64,000 nucleotides of DNA from an uncultured Desulfurococcales archaeon (GTDB lineage Archaea; Thermoproteota; Thermoprotei_A; Sulfolobales; CAZFJX01): positions 5,236 to 69,235 of the forward strand of contig CAZFJX010000008.1 of the NCBI GenBank assembly GCA_964519505.1, given 5' to 3'. The notes under the pieces are model-generated. The model did not search any database and was not told where the DNA came from. It worked only from the letters and a program-made list of their open reading frames with translations. Below, piece after piece: positions 20,429 to 29,797 of the stretch (positions within the stretch are counted from its first letter, which is position 1; every line of letters starts with the position of its first letter). A program made the position numbers and the translations under genes.

Positions 20429-21739
20429 CTAAGGAATGTGTTTCTTAACTTCCTTAATCAACGATTCCTTTTTGACTTCTAAGCGTTCGTTTCTTTCCCT
20501 GACGTATATCGTCACAGTGTTGTTGCTTACTTCCTTATCACCTATGAATATCAGTATAGGTATGTTTAATTTCTTAGCGTACTTCCTTTGTTTTTCTTCC
20601 TTAGATCTCGTAACGTCGAATGAGGTGTTTATCCCTGCATTTCTTAACGCCTTAACGACATCCAACGCGTACCTCATGTACTCCTCATTCATTACCACAA
20701 CATAGACTTGAGTTATGGTCTTCTTACTTAGCTTAAAGACCCCTAACTCAATACCTGCATCTATAAGTCTCTCAACACCTATAGAGCCACCAGTAGCTGG
20801 TACTTTCTTACCTAGAAACATCTCTAATAAGTCGTCATACCTGCCACCACCACTTAAGCTACCTATTTTAGGCTTAGAAACAACAGTCTCATGTATGGGT
20901 CCTGTATAGTAGTCTAGACCTCTAACTAGGCTTAAGTCTATCTTTATATGACTCTCATCCTCAACAAACTCAAGAATGCCTCTCAAGTGCGTTAAGCTCT
21001 CCTTAACCAACTTACTTGAGCCATACTTAGACTCTATAGTGTTAAGTACCTCCTCATTAGATCCTTCAATACTTATTATATCGATTATTTTACCTACATC
21101 ATCAGGGCTTAAACCCGACTTAAGGAGGAGTCCCTTAACGCCGTTAAGACCTATCTTATCTAGCTTATCTATAGCCCTATAGATGGGTATTGAGTCCTTA
21201 AGACCTAACTCAATCTCAAGTATAGCCTTAAGTATCCTCCTATCACTAAGCCTTATTACGTAGTTACTGAAGTTGAATTCCTTCATAACGCTGTCTATGA
21301 CGTTAATTATCTCAGCATCAGCCTCAGGGTATGGTGAGCCAACGATATCTACGTCGCATTGATAGAACTCCCTATACCTACCTCTCTGTGGGTCTTCATG
21401 CCTCCATACAGGACCTATGTGATACCTCCTAAACGGTAGTGGGGTCTCACTATGGGTAGCTAAATACCTAGCTAGAGGGACTGTAAGGTCATACCTTAAC
21501 GCATACCACCTATCACTCCATGGGTCTTTAAACCTCCACATAAGCTTATTCTCAGCCTCCTCACCATACTTACCCGCCATAACCTCCCAATACTCAAGGA
21601 TAGGTGTCTCTATAGGGTCAAAACCATACCTCTGGAAAACCCTCTCAATACGTGACAATACCTCCTTCCTAAGCAGCATAATATCTGGTGGGAAGTCCCT
21701 AAACCCCTTAGGGGGCCTAAACTTCTTCTTACCCATCAC
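20429..21739 (-). CDS. hisS: Histidine--tRNA ligase
   Basis: PPKGFRDF, LRYDLTVPLAR, RGRYREFYQCD, VRGLDYYTG, GGGRYDDL and GSIGVERL motifs. Confidence 0.97.
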   Translation of the reverse strand: MMGKKKFRPPKGFRDFPPDIMLLRKEVLSRIERVFQRYGFDPIETPILEYWEVMAGKYGEEAENKLMWRFKDPWSDRWYALRYDLTVPLARYLATHSETPLPFRRYHIGPVWRHEDPQRGRYREFYQCDVDIVGSPYPEADAEIINVIDSVMKEFNFSNYVIRLSDRRILKAILEIELGLKDSIPIYRAIDKLDKIGLNGVKGLLLKSGLSPDDVGKIIDIISIEGSNEEVLNTIESKYGSSKLVKESLTHLRGILEFVEDESHIKIDLSLVRGLDYYTGPIHETVVSKPKIGSLSGGGRYDDLLEMFLGKKVPATGGSIGVERLIDAGIELGVFKLSKKTITQVYVVVMNEEYMRYALDVVKALRNAGINTSFDVTRSKEEKQRKYAKKLNIPILIFIGDKEVSNNTVTIYVRERNERLEVKKESLIKEVKKHIP

Positions 21740-21816
21740 AATACCCTCTATACTGAACTACGTGTTAAGAAATATAAGATATTTGAGCTTTATTAAGGAA
21801 TAGGGTCCATTAAGTT

Positions 21817-22722
21817 ATGAGTGAATGGCGCTCTACCAACTTAACCAGACCTTACGACTTTGAGTTATCACTATTCCCATCACTTAACTACGTACTTTTC
21901 GAGAAGGTAGGTAGGGGTAGGTGGGTTAAGTTATTTGGGTTTAAGAAAGGCTCCTACATAGAGTTCGTGGATGAGAACAAAGTTAGGTTTACGGGTTTCA
22001 CTGGGGATGAGTTAAGGGCTTACGTAGGTTTATGGTACGACCCCTTAAATTACGTTAATGAGGTTGAGCATAGGTATAACGAAGTTATTGAGGAAGTCAT
22101 CAATATGTACAGGAGAGCCGGCTTACCTATAGCTATCAATGACCCAGTAATAACCTTTATTTCAGCATTCCTAAATAGGGTAACTAACTACCACACTAAC
22201 GTTGTTCGCTGGGTGAGGACTTTACTTAAGCAAGTTAATGAAGATATTACCTTAATAAATGAGGATGTATTAAGGAATGTCAGTACATCATTCCAGTTGG
22301 TGGGTTTAGTTAACGCATTAAGGGACTTTATGAGGATTGAGTTAAGAGGTGATTACTGGTCGTTAAGGCAGGACCTAATGGGTATTAAGTTCGTAGGTCC
22401 TAAGGTAGCTGACCTATTCCTACTTCACTGGAGGGGTTTTTACGAGGCTGTACCCGTAGATATTCACTTAGTGAGGATGGTGCGTAGGCTGGGTTTAGTA
22501 CCAAACTTTAAACTACCTAGTAAATCCTTATGTACTAAATACACATGTTGGTCATGTAGTAGTGAGGAATGCTTAGGATACTTAATTAGGTCTAAATTAG
22601 GTAAGCTAGCACCCTGGTTCCAAACAGTTTCGTACATACATGATAGACTATACTGCAGTAAGAAATTATGTAGTGAGTGCGTTCTCCGTAAGGTATGTAA
22701 GCGTAACAAACAACTTAGATAG
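21817..22722 (+). CDS. HhH-GPD family DNA glycosylase/endonuclease III-like protein
   Basis: HhH motif LMGIKFVGPKVAD, VPVDIH, and a C-terminal CSKKLCSECVLRKVC Fe-S-like motif. Confidence 0.75.
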   Translation: MSEWRSTNLTRPYDFELSLFPSLNYVLFEKVGRGRWVKLFGFKKGSYIEFVDENKVRFTGFTGDELRAYVGLWYDPLNYVNEVEHRYNEVIEEVINMYRRAGLPIAINDPVITFISAFLNRVTNYHTNVVRWVRTLLKQVNEDITLINEDVLRNVSTSFQLVGLVNALRDFMRIELRGDYWSLRQDLMGIKFVGPKVADLFLLHWRGFYEAVPVDIHLVRMVRRLGLVPNFKLPSKSLCTKYTCWSCSSEECLGYLIRSKLGKLAPWFQTVSYIHDRLYCSKKLCSECVLRKVCKRNKQLR

Positions 22723-22770
22723 GTACCGAGGACTTAATGCTTACAAAAAGCCTTTAGTTAAGTCAGGTTT

Positions 22771-23991
22771 TTAAGTTATTATAGTTGATGCTATATTTTT
22801 CAAGTCCTTAATGTGCTCCTCCTTCGGTTTACCCTTAAATTCTATTGTTTTAATTACTTCATACCCTGCCTTAGTTAGTAAGTCCTTAACTTGTTTAGTG
22901 GCTATGCCTCCCCACCCATAAGCCGTAACTATGATTACGGGCTTGCGGTATGTTGCCTTCATAGCCATTAAGCCCGCAACCCTAAGTATCTCAGGGAATG
23001 CACCACCCTCATACGTAGACACACCTATAACTATGACTTGGGAATCAGCAACATCACTCAATACATCACTTACTGGTGGGTGTGAGTCCTCAGTAAATGC
23101 GTGTACCTTAACCTCAGCACCAACCTTAACTAACTCACCAATTAGAACCTCCATAGCCTCCTTAACGTAACCATACATACTATCGTAAATCACGGTGACC
23201 TTCTTATCTTTAGGTTTACCTTCAGCCCACCCAACGTACTTACTTACAATAACTTTGGATTCTCTCCTCCATATAAGTCCGTGGGCTGGTGCTATGACCT
23301 TAATGTCTAAACCTAAAGACTTAATCTTATCTATTCCTTTAATTATGTAGTCCTTATAATGCCCAACAACTGTAATCACGTATTTTCTGGCGTAGTCTAG
23401 GTACTTACCTAACTCATCCTTAGATAGCTCGTCATCAAAAAGGGACCTAGGTATTGAGTAAGCACCAAATACGTCACAAGATATGAGTGTACCTAACTCC
23501 TCAACGTAACTCACTATGGTCTCGGGCCAATGAAGCCATGGGGTGTATATGAACCTTAGTGAGTACTTACCTAGCTTAAGTACCTCACCATCCTTAACTA
23601 CCTTAAACTTAGGTTTAATGCCGTAGAAGGACCCAATCATCCCTCTAACCATGGGGTGAGCAACTACCGTAGCCTTAAAGCCGTTAGCCTCAAGAACCTT
23701 AGGTAATGACCCACTATGGTCCTGCTCCATATGGTGAATAACTACGTAATCAATATCCTTAACGTCTACGACCCTACTCAACTCATCAATAAGTAGGTCT
23801 GAGTACTTGCCTTTCCAGCCATCAAAGAGGACTACCTTATCACCTATGAGGAGGTAAGCATTATATGTAATCCCTTCAGGTATGTACCATAAAGCCTCAA
23901 AGTACTTAGTCTCAACATCATCAACCCTAAATACGTATAAATCACCAATAACCTTACCTACATGGGTCTTAACCAACCTAAACACCAGCAC
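22771..23991 (-). CDS. fprA: Flavodiiron protein (FprA family)
   Basis: GITYNAYL, HHMEQDHSGS, LHWPET, SCDVFG, APAHG and the flavodoxin YDSMYG motif. Confidence 0.92.
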   Translation of the reverse strand: MLVFRLVKTHVGKVIGDLYVFRVDDVETKYFEALWYIPEGITYNAYLLIGDKVVLFDGWKGKYSDLLIDELSRVVDVKDIDYVVIHHMEQDHSGSLPKVLEANGFKATVVAHPMVRGMIGSFYGIKPKFKVVKDGEVLKLGKYSLRFIYTPWLHWPETIVSYVEELGTLISCDVFGAYSIPRSLFDDELSKDELGKYLDYARKYVITVVGHYKDYIIKGIDKIKSLGLDIKVIAPAHGLIWRRESKVIVSKYVGWAEGKPKDKKVTVIYDSMYGYVKEAMEVLIGELVKVGAEVKVHAFTEDSHPPVSDVLSDVADSQVIVIGVSTYEGGAFPEILRVAGLMAMKATYRKPVIIVTAYGWGGIATKQVKDLLTKAGYEVIKTIEFKGKPKEEHIKDLKNIASTIIT

Positions 23992-24078
23992 TTAACCTTA
24001 GTGCTAGAAAGTTATTAATGATTATTAATGTATTAGGTAAAAACATTGTTTAAGGTTTTAGTTAGGGGACCTACACCG

Positions 24079-24783
24079 TTACTTGGCTGGCTTAGATGCC
24101 CTCTCTAAGAACTTCCTAACTAACTCTATATCTTCCTTAGGCACTACTTTCTCGTGGCAGAACCACCAGTCGAAACATTCGAATTTCTTAACCCTCTCTT
24201 CGGCTTCCTGAATAGTTGCTGCTGGCGGTACTATGATTGATTCACCTATTAACTCGTTGTTAGGCCAGTTAGCTGGTAATGCCCTACCGTACTTATCACT
24301 TATCTGTAGTGCCTTCACCAACCTCAGTATTTCGTCGATTAACCTACCGACATTTAGTGGGTAGTAAAGAATTGCCCTAATAACGCCCTTATCATCAACG
24401 ACGAATACGGCCCTAACAGTATGCGTCGCTGACTCAGCATGCAACATACCTAACCTCCTAGCAACAACCCCTTGAGGATCACCTATTATCGGGAACGGTA
24501 TTTCAACACCAAACCTCTCCTTAATCCACTCAATCCACTTAATATGACTAAACGTACTGTCAACACTAAGCCCTATTAACTCAGTATTTAGCTTCTTAAA
24601 GTCCTCATACCTCTTAGCAAAAGCAACAAACTCAGTAGTACATACTGGCGTGAAGTCAGCTGGATGACTAAACAGTACGAACCACTTACCCTTATAGTCA
24701 TCAGGTAGTACCTTAACACCATGAGTAGTTAGCACCTTCATTTCAGGAAACTTCTCACCAATTAAGGGTATCTGACCAGGCAT
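24079..24783 (-). CDS. Archaeal peroxiredoxin (Prx6/AhpC-type)
   Basis: [12 protein letters not shown] and CFDWWFC motifs. Start placed at ATG 24783 (MPGQ); the ORF track uses 24792. Confidence 0.93.
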   Translation of the reverse strand: MPGQIPLIGEKFPEMKVLTTHGVKVLPDDYKGKWFVLFSHPADFTPVCTTEFVAFAKRYEDFKKLNTELIGLSVDSTFSHIKWIEWIKERFGVEIPFPIIGDPQGVVARRLGMLHAESATHTVRAVFVVDDKGVIRAILYYPLNVGRLIDEILRLVKALQISDKYGRALPANWPNNELIGESIIVPPAATIQEAEERVKKFECFDWWFCHEKVVPKEDIELVRKFLERASKPAK

Positions 24784-24940
24784 ACATAACACCCCTTACA
24801 TATACCTTCGAGAAACCATATATGCAAGCTAGTATTTATTTATTATCTTTATAAAATTTCTATCACCAAAAGTTCGAGAATCAAACCAACATAAAAAATA
24901 TTGCTACGAAAAAGACATCAATCATTAACTTTAATGGTGA

Positions 24941-26371
24941 CTACTCAGTAATAACTCCCGTAATGAGCTGTTTAGGTGGTTTCCAGGTTTTTTGAGGGGT
25001 CTTTACGCTTATTAGTATGTAAATTGAGGACTCTATATATTTTGACTTATCATTTATTCTATGAGTTATGAGTTTAACCTTAATTAACCATGTGCCTTCA
25101 GGGCATCCCTTTACTGCTTTAATTCGTAACCTCACCTTAGTTAATCCACCATTCTTTATTAATATACCCTTAAGAGGTGTGAAGACTAATTCTTGAGGTA
25201 TACTCTGCGTAGGTATAGGGTTCATCACCACGATGTTACCTACTAGATCCTGATCTATATCGTGAGGTTTAACAATGAGTTCTATAGAGCCCTCGGTGCC
25301 AGGTTCCAAGACCGTTACGTTAGGGATAACTAATGTAGCCTTACTAACACCTAACTGACTGATTAACTCACTAGAGACATTTAACTTAAAAGCCCTTACC
25401 TTAGCACCTTCTATAGATGTAAAGTTAGGTTCTATGAAAACAGTTAACCATGGGGTCCTAATCATTGATGAATAAGTAACTGTTACCACATCACCTGTTT
25501 TAGCATTTACTAAAGCAACAACCCTGCGGGCTACATAATTGGTATCTCCATATAAGGCTATAACCCAGAAGAGACCGTACTTACCAGCATACTTAGGGTT
25601 AATGACTTTCTCTAAGTAGTAATTCTTAGCTCCAGGACCTAGCTTAGCTAACCTCAAATCAATCCAAAATACCTTCCCTTCCTCAATAACTTCCCAGCCA
25701 TCCTCAGGTATTGTGAGGTTTAGCTTATCCTTGAGCTTAGGTAATGACCTCACGATACTTAGGGCCTTACTCATATTGATATTTAACTTAGGTATGAAAC
25801 CCTTAGGTGGTAGCTCTTCATCACACTTAGCTATACTTACTATAGTTCCGTTTAGGGCGTCAACTCTAACCTCTATATGGGAGTAATATGTGTAACAACC
25901 CCAAAGCCAGTAACCCCCATAAGTCCTAACGAAGTTAAGTATCCACTCAGGTCTTTCACGTACCTCACCATTAATTACGATCCCACTGCTTAGTGAGGCA
26001 GAAACTAACTTATACTTTGAGGGGTCTAGACCTAACTCCTTAGCCACTGACTTGATAACGTCGTTTAAACTAAGTACGTTAACCTCTAAATACCCTAATC
26101 TATAGGTGAAGGGCGACTCCCCTGAGTATTGATAATATACTGATATATTGATGAACCCCTTACTTATCTTTGGGTAACCTAACTCCCTATATATGGGGCT
26201 TACATTAAGGAATAGGTTAAGCTCTTCCTTACCTATTAAGGAGGTATTGGTAATTAATGGGGGTATTGTGCTCTCCTGCTTAATGTATTTAGGTGATATG
26301 AGTATGTAGTAGGTGGTGATTAATATTAATGAGATAAGGGCGATCACTATCAAGTACTTGAAGGTTTTCAT
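24941..26371 (-). CDS. Hypothetical membrane-anchored/secreted protein with PepSY-like repeats
   Basis: N-terminal TM; two repeats ending VRVDALNGTIV and ALVNAKTGDVV. The family assignment is tentative. Confidence 0.6.
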   Translation of the reverse strand: MKTFKYLIVIALISLILITTYYILISPKYIKQESTIPPLITNTSLIGKEELNLFLNVSPIYRELGYPKISKGFINISVYYQYSGESPFTYRLGYLEVNVLSLNDVIKSVAKELGLDPSKYKLVSASLSSGIVINGEVRERPEWILNFVRTYGGYWLWGCYTYYSHIEVRVDALNGTIVSIAKCDEELPPKGFIPKLNINMSKALSIVRSLPKLKDKLNLTIPEDGWEVIEEGKVFWIDLRLAKLGPGAKNYYLEKVINPKYAGKYGLFWVIALYGDTNYVARRVVALVNAKTGDVVTVTYSSMIRTPWLTVFIEPNFTSIEGAKVRAFKLNVSSELISQLGVSKATLVIPNVTVLEPGTEGSIELIVKPHDIDQDLVGNIVVMNPIPTQSIPQELVFTPLKGILIKNGGLTKVRLRIKAVKGCPEGTWLIKVKLITHRINDKSKYIESSIYILISVKTPQKTWKPPKQLITGVITE

Positions 26372-26432
26372 GCTTTGTTCCCATGGTTGTGGATGTGATG
26401 GGGGGCTAAAAGTATATGTTTTAGAACGTTAA

Positions 26433-27170
26433 CGTCCTTACGGTGGTGTAGATCTGTTCGCTAGGTATGCAGCCATAGTTAAGAACCTTCGTGGAGTCGT
26501 TGCTTTCGACCTCAAGGACCCTAAGTGGGTTAGCGTTATTGAGTGGTTATCTAAGAGGTTTAGGTATAGGGACTTAGGTATAGGACCTAAACTAGCTGAT
26601 GCTGTAGGGAGGTTGATAAGTGAGTACTTAGGTGGTAGGCCCTTAAGAGTACTTACCTACCCTGTAAGTGATATTGAGGAATTAGTTAAGGTATTGGTTA
26701 AGGCATCTAAACTACCTGAATACCTTACTGAGGCTTTAGTGCTTGCATCGACCTACGTATCGCCACTCATGGTGCTAAGTGAGGGCTACATTAAAATCAT
26801 TAAGGGATTAGCCGTAGGTAAGGTCACGGCTTACGGTGACTTAAGCATTAATGACTGGAAATTACATCTAAGGATAGCTGACTACACAGTACTAGACATG
26901 TATGAGACATGCGTTACTGAGGCTATCAAAGTAATTAACGATGAGTTAAGCGTTAAGGAGGTGATTAAGGCTAGGCATGAGAGGGTAAGTAAGGACCTAA
27001 AGAGGTACTGGAGATTTAAGCAAATGAAGGGCACTGAATGGGTATTCATGTACTACATAGACATGGTGAAACTCATAGTTGAGTCGGGTATAGACCCAAG
27101 AAACCTAAACCCTAACCAAGCCGCAGGACTAGCCGTAGTACCAGCCATAAACCTATGCAAGGTTAAATAG
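26433..27170 (+). CDS. Hypothetical protein, probably disrupted at its 5' end
   Basis: The frame is open from 26433 (RPYGGVDLFARYAAIVKNLRG...), 60 codons upstream of the annotated TTG at 26613. An in-frame TAA at 26430-26432 precedes it. Confidence 0.55.
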   Translation, partial: RPYGGVDLFARYAAIVKNLRGVVAFDLKDPKWVSVIEWLSKRFRYRDLGIGPKLADAVGRLISEYLGGRPLRVLTYPVSDIEELVKVLVKASKLPEYLTEALVLASTYVSPLMVLSEGYIKIIKGLAVGKVTAYGDLSINDWKLHLRIADYTVLDMYETCVTEAIKVINDELSVKEVIKARHERVSKDLKRYWRFKQMKGTEWVFMYYIDMVKLIVESGIDPRNLNPNQAAGLAVVPAINLCKVK

Positions 27171-27200
27171 TATAGTGTAGTGATTTAAGCTAACACATAA

Positions 27201-27593
27201 GGACTTGATGAACTTAAGAATGAAACTTCTCCAGAAAATCTTTCATCGGCTCTCCAAGACTATTTCCCTTCAGAAGAAGAATTGAGAAAGAGAGACGAGA
27301 TTGAGGAAGTTATGCACGCGCTTTCGGCATGGCTTAAAATCAATTCGGACCTTGTAGTTAAAGATATCCTTAAGGCTAATCCGAACTTAAATCCTGAGAC
27401 CATAAGAGAAGTAATTACGAGAATAGAAGACTTTGAGAATATATTAACATGGGTCTTTAATCCATTAAAAATATCTGAGTATGAAAGAGTAATGAGAGAA
27501 ATGATGGAAAAATATAATCTAATCATAGAACTTAATCCCTTAAACACATCCCTAAACCTAATGGATAACTTACCTAACTCATTATTACCTTAA
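27201..27593 (+). pseudogene. Gene fragment without a clear start (helical, acidic)
   Basis: The frame is open from 27201 after a TAA, and the only start is an internal TTG at 27282. No family recognised. Confidence 0.35.
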
Positions 27594-27613
27594 CTAACAG
27601 TTAGGAGTAATAC

Positions 27614-27982
27614 TTATGGAGACACCATGCTCAGCGCTTCACCTAGGAATGCTTCAAGCGAGTAGTTATGTAAGGGGTGAATTCTTCCATTCTTATGTTT
27701 ATGATGAGGGTGCGTCTTTACTTCTGGGTGGTGTGGGGCGTTATCATATCTTAATGCGACCTCCTTACCTACAATCAACTGGTATGGGTACCTAACAATC
27801 TTTCCAGATATAAGGAATTCACGTATGTGGGCCTCAAATCCCTCACTACATATTATGATTAAGCGAAGATATTCAGTATCCTCTACTACACGATGTTTCT
27901 CGATCTTAACTCTGCAATCCTTACCTCTAAGTCTTTCTTTAATAACCCTTATGACCTGTTGTAATCTTGTAGTTGCCGCCAT
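27614..27982 (-). CDS. tumE: DUF6516-family toxin (TumE-like)
   Basis: YQLI...LRYDNAPHHPEVKTHPHHKH signature. Confidence 0.8.
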   Translation of the reverse strand: MAATTRLQQVIRVIKERLRGKDCRVKIEKHRVVEDTEYLRLIIICSEGFEAHIREFLISGKIVRYPYQLIVGKEVALRYDNAPHHPEVKTHPHHKHKNGRIHPLHNYSLEAFLGEALSMVSP

Positions 27983-28263
27983 AGCTCTCTAAGCTCCTTT
28001 AACTCCTTTTCAAGTCTCTTCTTCTGCTCTAGAAGAGCTTCCCACTCCACAATATCGGGCTCTGAACCTTCGGGAAGATCCCATTCCCTCTCTCCTTGAA
28101 GCATTCTAAGAAAATCATCGCTTGATATGCCATACTTAGTCTCAAGCAGAGCTAACTCCTCATCTATTGCAACTAACTCACTCTGCAATTTCTTGATCTC
28201 TTCCTTCACAAACTTTACTAATGAATTTAAGGTCCTTTTAGAGATAGTGATGGTGCCTACCAA
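27949..28263 (-). CDS. tumA: Antitoxin (TumA-like)
   Basis: LETKYGISSDDF...DIVEWEAL; lies directly upstream of and overlaps the DUF6516 gene. Confidence 0.7.
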   Translation of the reverse strand: MVGTITISKRTLNSLVKFVKEEIKKLQSELVAIDEELALLETKYGISSDDFLRMLQGEREWDLPEGSEPDIVEWEALLEQKKRLEKELKELRELWRQLQDYNRS

Positions 28264-28619
28264 TCTGAATCACCCTTTGAAGTCTAGTAAGCCTTAATCA
28301 TCCCTATCTATGCTTCTATCTCTAATCACTATTAAAGTATTAAGTCAACCTTAAAATAGGTCATCATACCTTCCTCGATATACAATCTACCCTTAGGGGG
28401 GTTCTTAACTTCTTCAACACTCCATGACATGTAAAATGGCTGCTTTAATTAGTTTTCAAGTGTGATTATACTAAATGATTATATGCGCAAAACCACATGC
28501 TCAAAAAGCCCTTAAGAAAAAGAGACTTACTAAGGAAGTAGAAATTAAAAATTAAGGAGAGGGGAAAAGATTCAGACCTAGTTAGTGCTGATTTAAGTCA
28601 CTGATTATGCCTATTAGTT

Positions 28620-29030
28620 TCATTCTTCTATATGACCTCTCATTAGGTGTGCCTTGCTTATGTCTAAGTAATCTACTTCAGTAATTAGCTTAGGTTTAAG
28701 CTTAAGTACCTGTGAAAGCCATTGGATGATCTTCCATACGTAATCACGTGATGCACCCCAGTCAGATATGTCGAGGAGTCCTGCCTTACCTCCGCCTGTA
28801 ATGACCTTAACAACGGTCTCCTTACCTGATTCAATAGCTATTGATGTAACTAAGAGGCTACTGCCGGCCCTAATATAGTACTGTTCACCTACGAATACGG
28901 CTATCCTAGGTTTCGTGCTAAATACCTCACTATACACGTTAAAGGCTTCAGGGACATATTTAAATGCCTCAATAACTTTATCAAAGTCAGCACTGAACTT
29001 AACAACAACCCCGTGAGCAAGCTTACGCAT
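28620..29030 (-). CDS. DUF6054-like hypothetical protein
   Basis: EQYYIRAGS...VITGGGKAGLLDISDWGA pattern. Start placed at ATG 29030. Confidence 0.6.
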   Translation of the reverse strand: MRKLAHGVVVKFSADFDKVIEAFKYVPEAFNVYSEVFSTKPRIAVFVGEQYYIRAGSSLLVTSIAIESGKETVVKVITGGGKAGLLDISDWGASRDYVWKIIQWLSQVLKLKPKLITEVDYLDISKAHLMRGHIEE

Positions 29031-29201
29031 GGTGCCCCACCCAAGCAATATTTAGAGGGGAGTAATATATGGTTAGCATCATTAAGGCTAAGTAATTAAG
29101 TTAAATTAAGTGTCGCGTTCATTCATAACCCTGTCTTGCTATCTTAATTTAGGGAAAAGTTAATTCGTGTGTGATGTGACATTTTCTAGGGTTAGGGTAC
29201 T

Positions 29202-29789
29202 GTGTCCAACCCTTTAAGTACTGACGATATTTCTATGGAGTTATCTAGGGCTCTTAGGCTTTGGAGGTCTATAGCCGTTAAGGAACTAGAGTTAAGCGTG
29301 CCGCCCAGGGTTGGTGGTTTAGGTATCGGTGAGGTTAGGGAGGGTCTAGGCATTAGCTCAAGACCGTTCTTCACAAAGGTATTCGGTAGCGATAACTTAA
29401 CCTCCATAATGAGATCCGTAATTAAGTCCTTAGGTAGGTTTGGTGAAGGCATTAAGTACTTAGCCACATACACGTCGGGTTATGAGTTAGGTAGGAGGTT
29501 AGTTACTTCAGGAATCATTAGGAGTTTAGATGACTTACCAATAGCCTTTGTAGCTAATGGGGTAGGTCTCGTAGATGTGGTTAAGGAGAGTCTTAACCGT
29601 ATGGTCATAAACATATATGAGTGCTTAAGTTGCTACGCGTCAAAACCCGTGGGTAAGACCATGTGCTGGTTTGAGGCAGGTGCTTTAAGGGGTGTTCTTG
29701 AGTCATTATATAAGAATAATAAGGTTAAGGAGAAGGAGTGTTGGGGATTAGGGTACTCATTCTGTAGCTTCATAGTGGAGTTCGAGTAG
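29202..29789 (+). CDS. corQ: V4R-domain protein, CorQ-like CO-regulator partner
   Basis: GYELGRR, YECLSC, MCWFEAGALRG and VKEKECWGLGYSFCSF (V4R); heads a CODH cluster like Thermococcus corQ. Confidence 0.8.
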   Translation: MSNPLSTDDISMELSRALRLWRSIAVKELELSVPPRVGGLGIGEVREGLGISSRPFFTKVFGSDNLTSIMRSVIKSLGRFGEGIKYLATYTSGYELGRRLVTSGIIRSLDDLPIAFVANGVGLVDVVKESLNRMVINIYECLSCYASKPVGKTMCWFEAGALRGVLESLYKNNKVKEKECWGLGYSFCSFIVEFE

Positions 29790-29797
29790 GTGGATAC

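Noticed and set aside
28330-28430. Short minus-strand coding-like fragment MSWSVEEVKNPPKGRLYIEEG
   Set aside because: About 30 codons with no recognisable family; cannot be supported as a feature.
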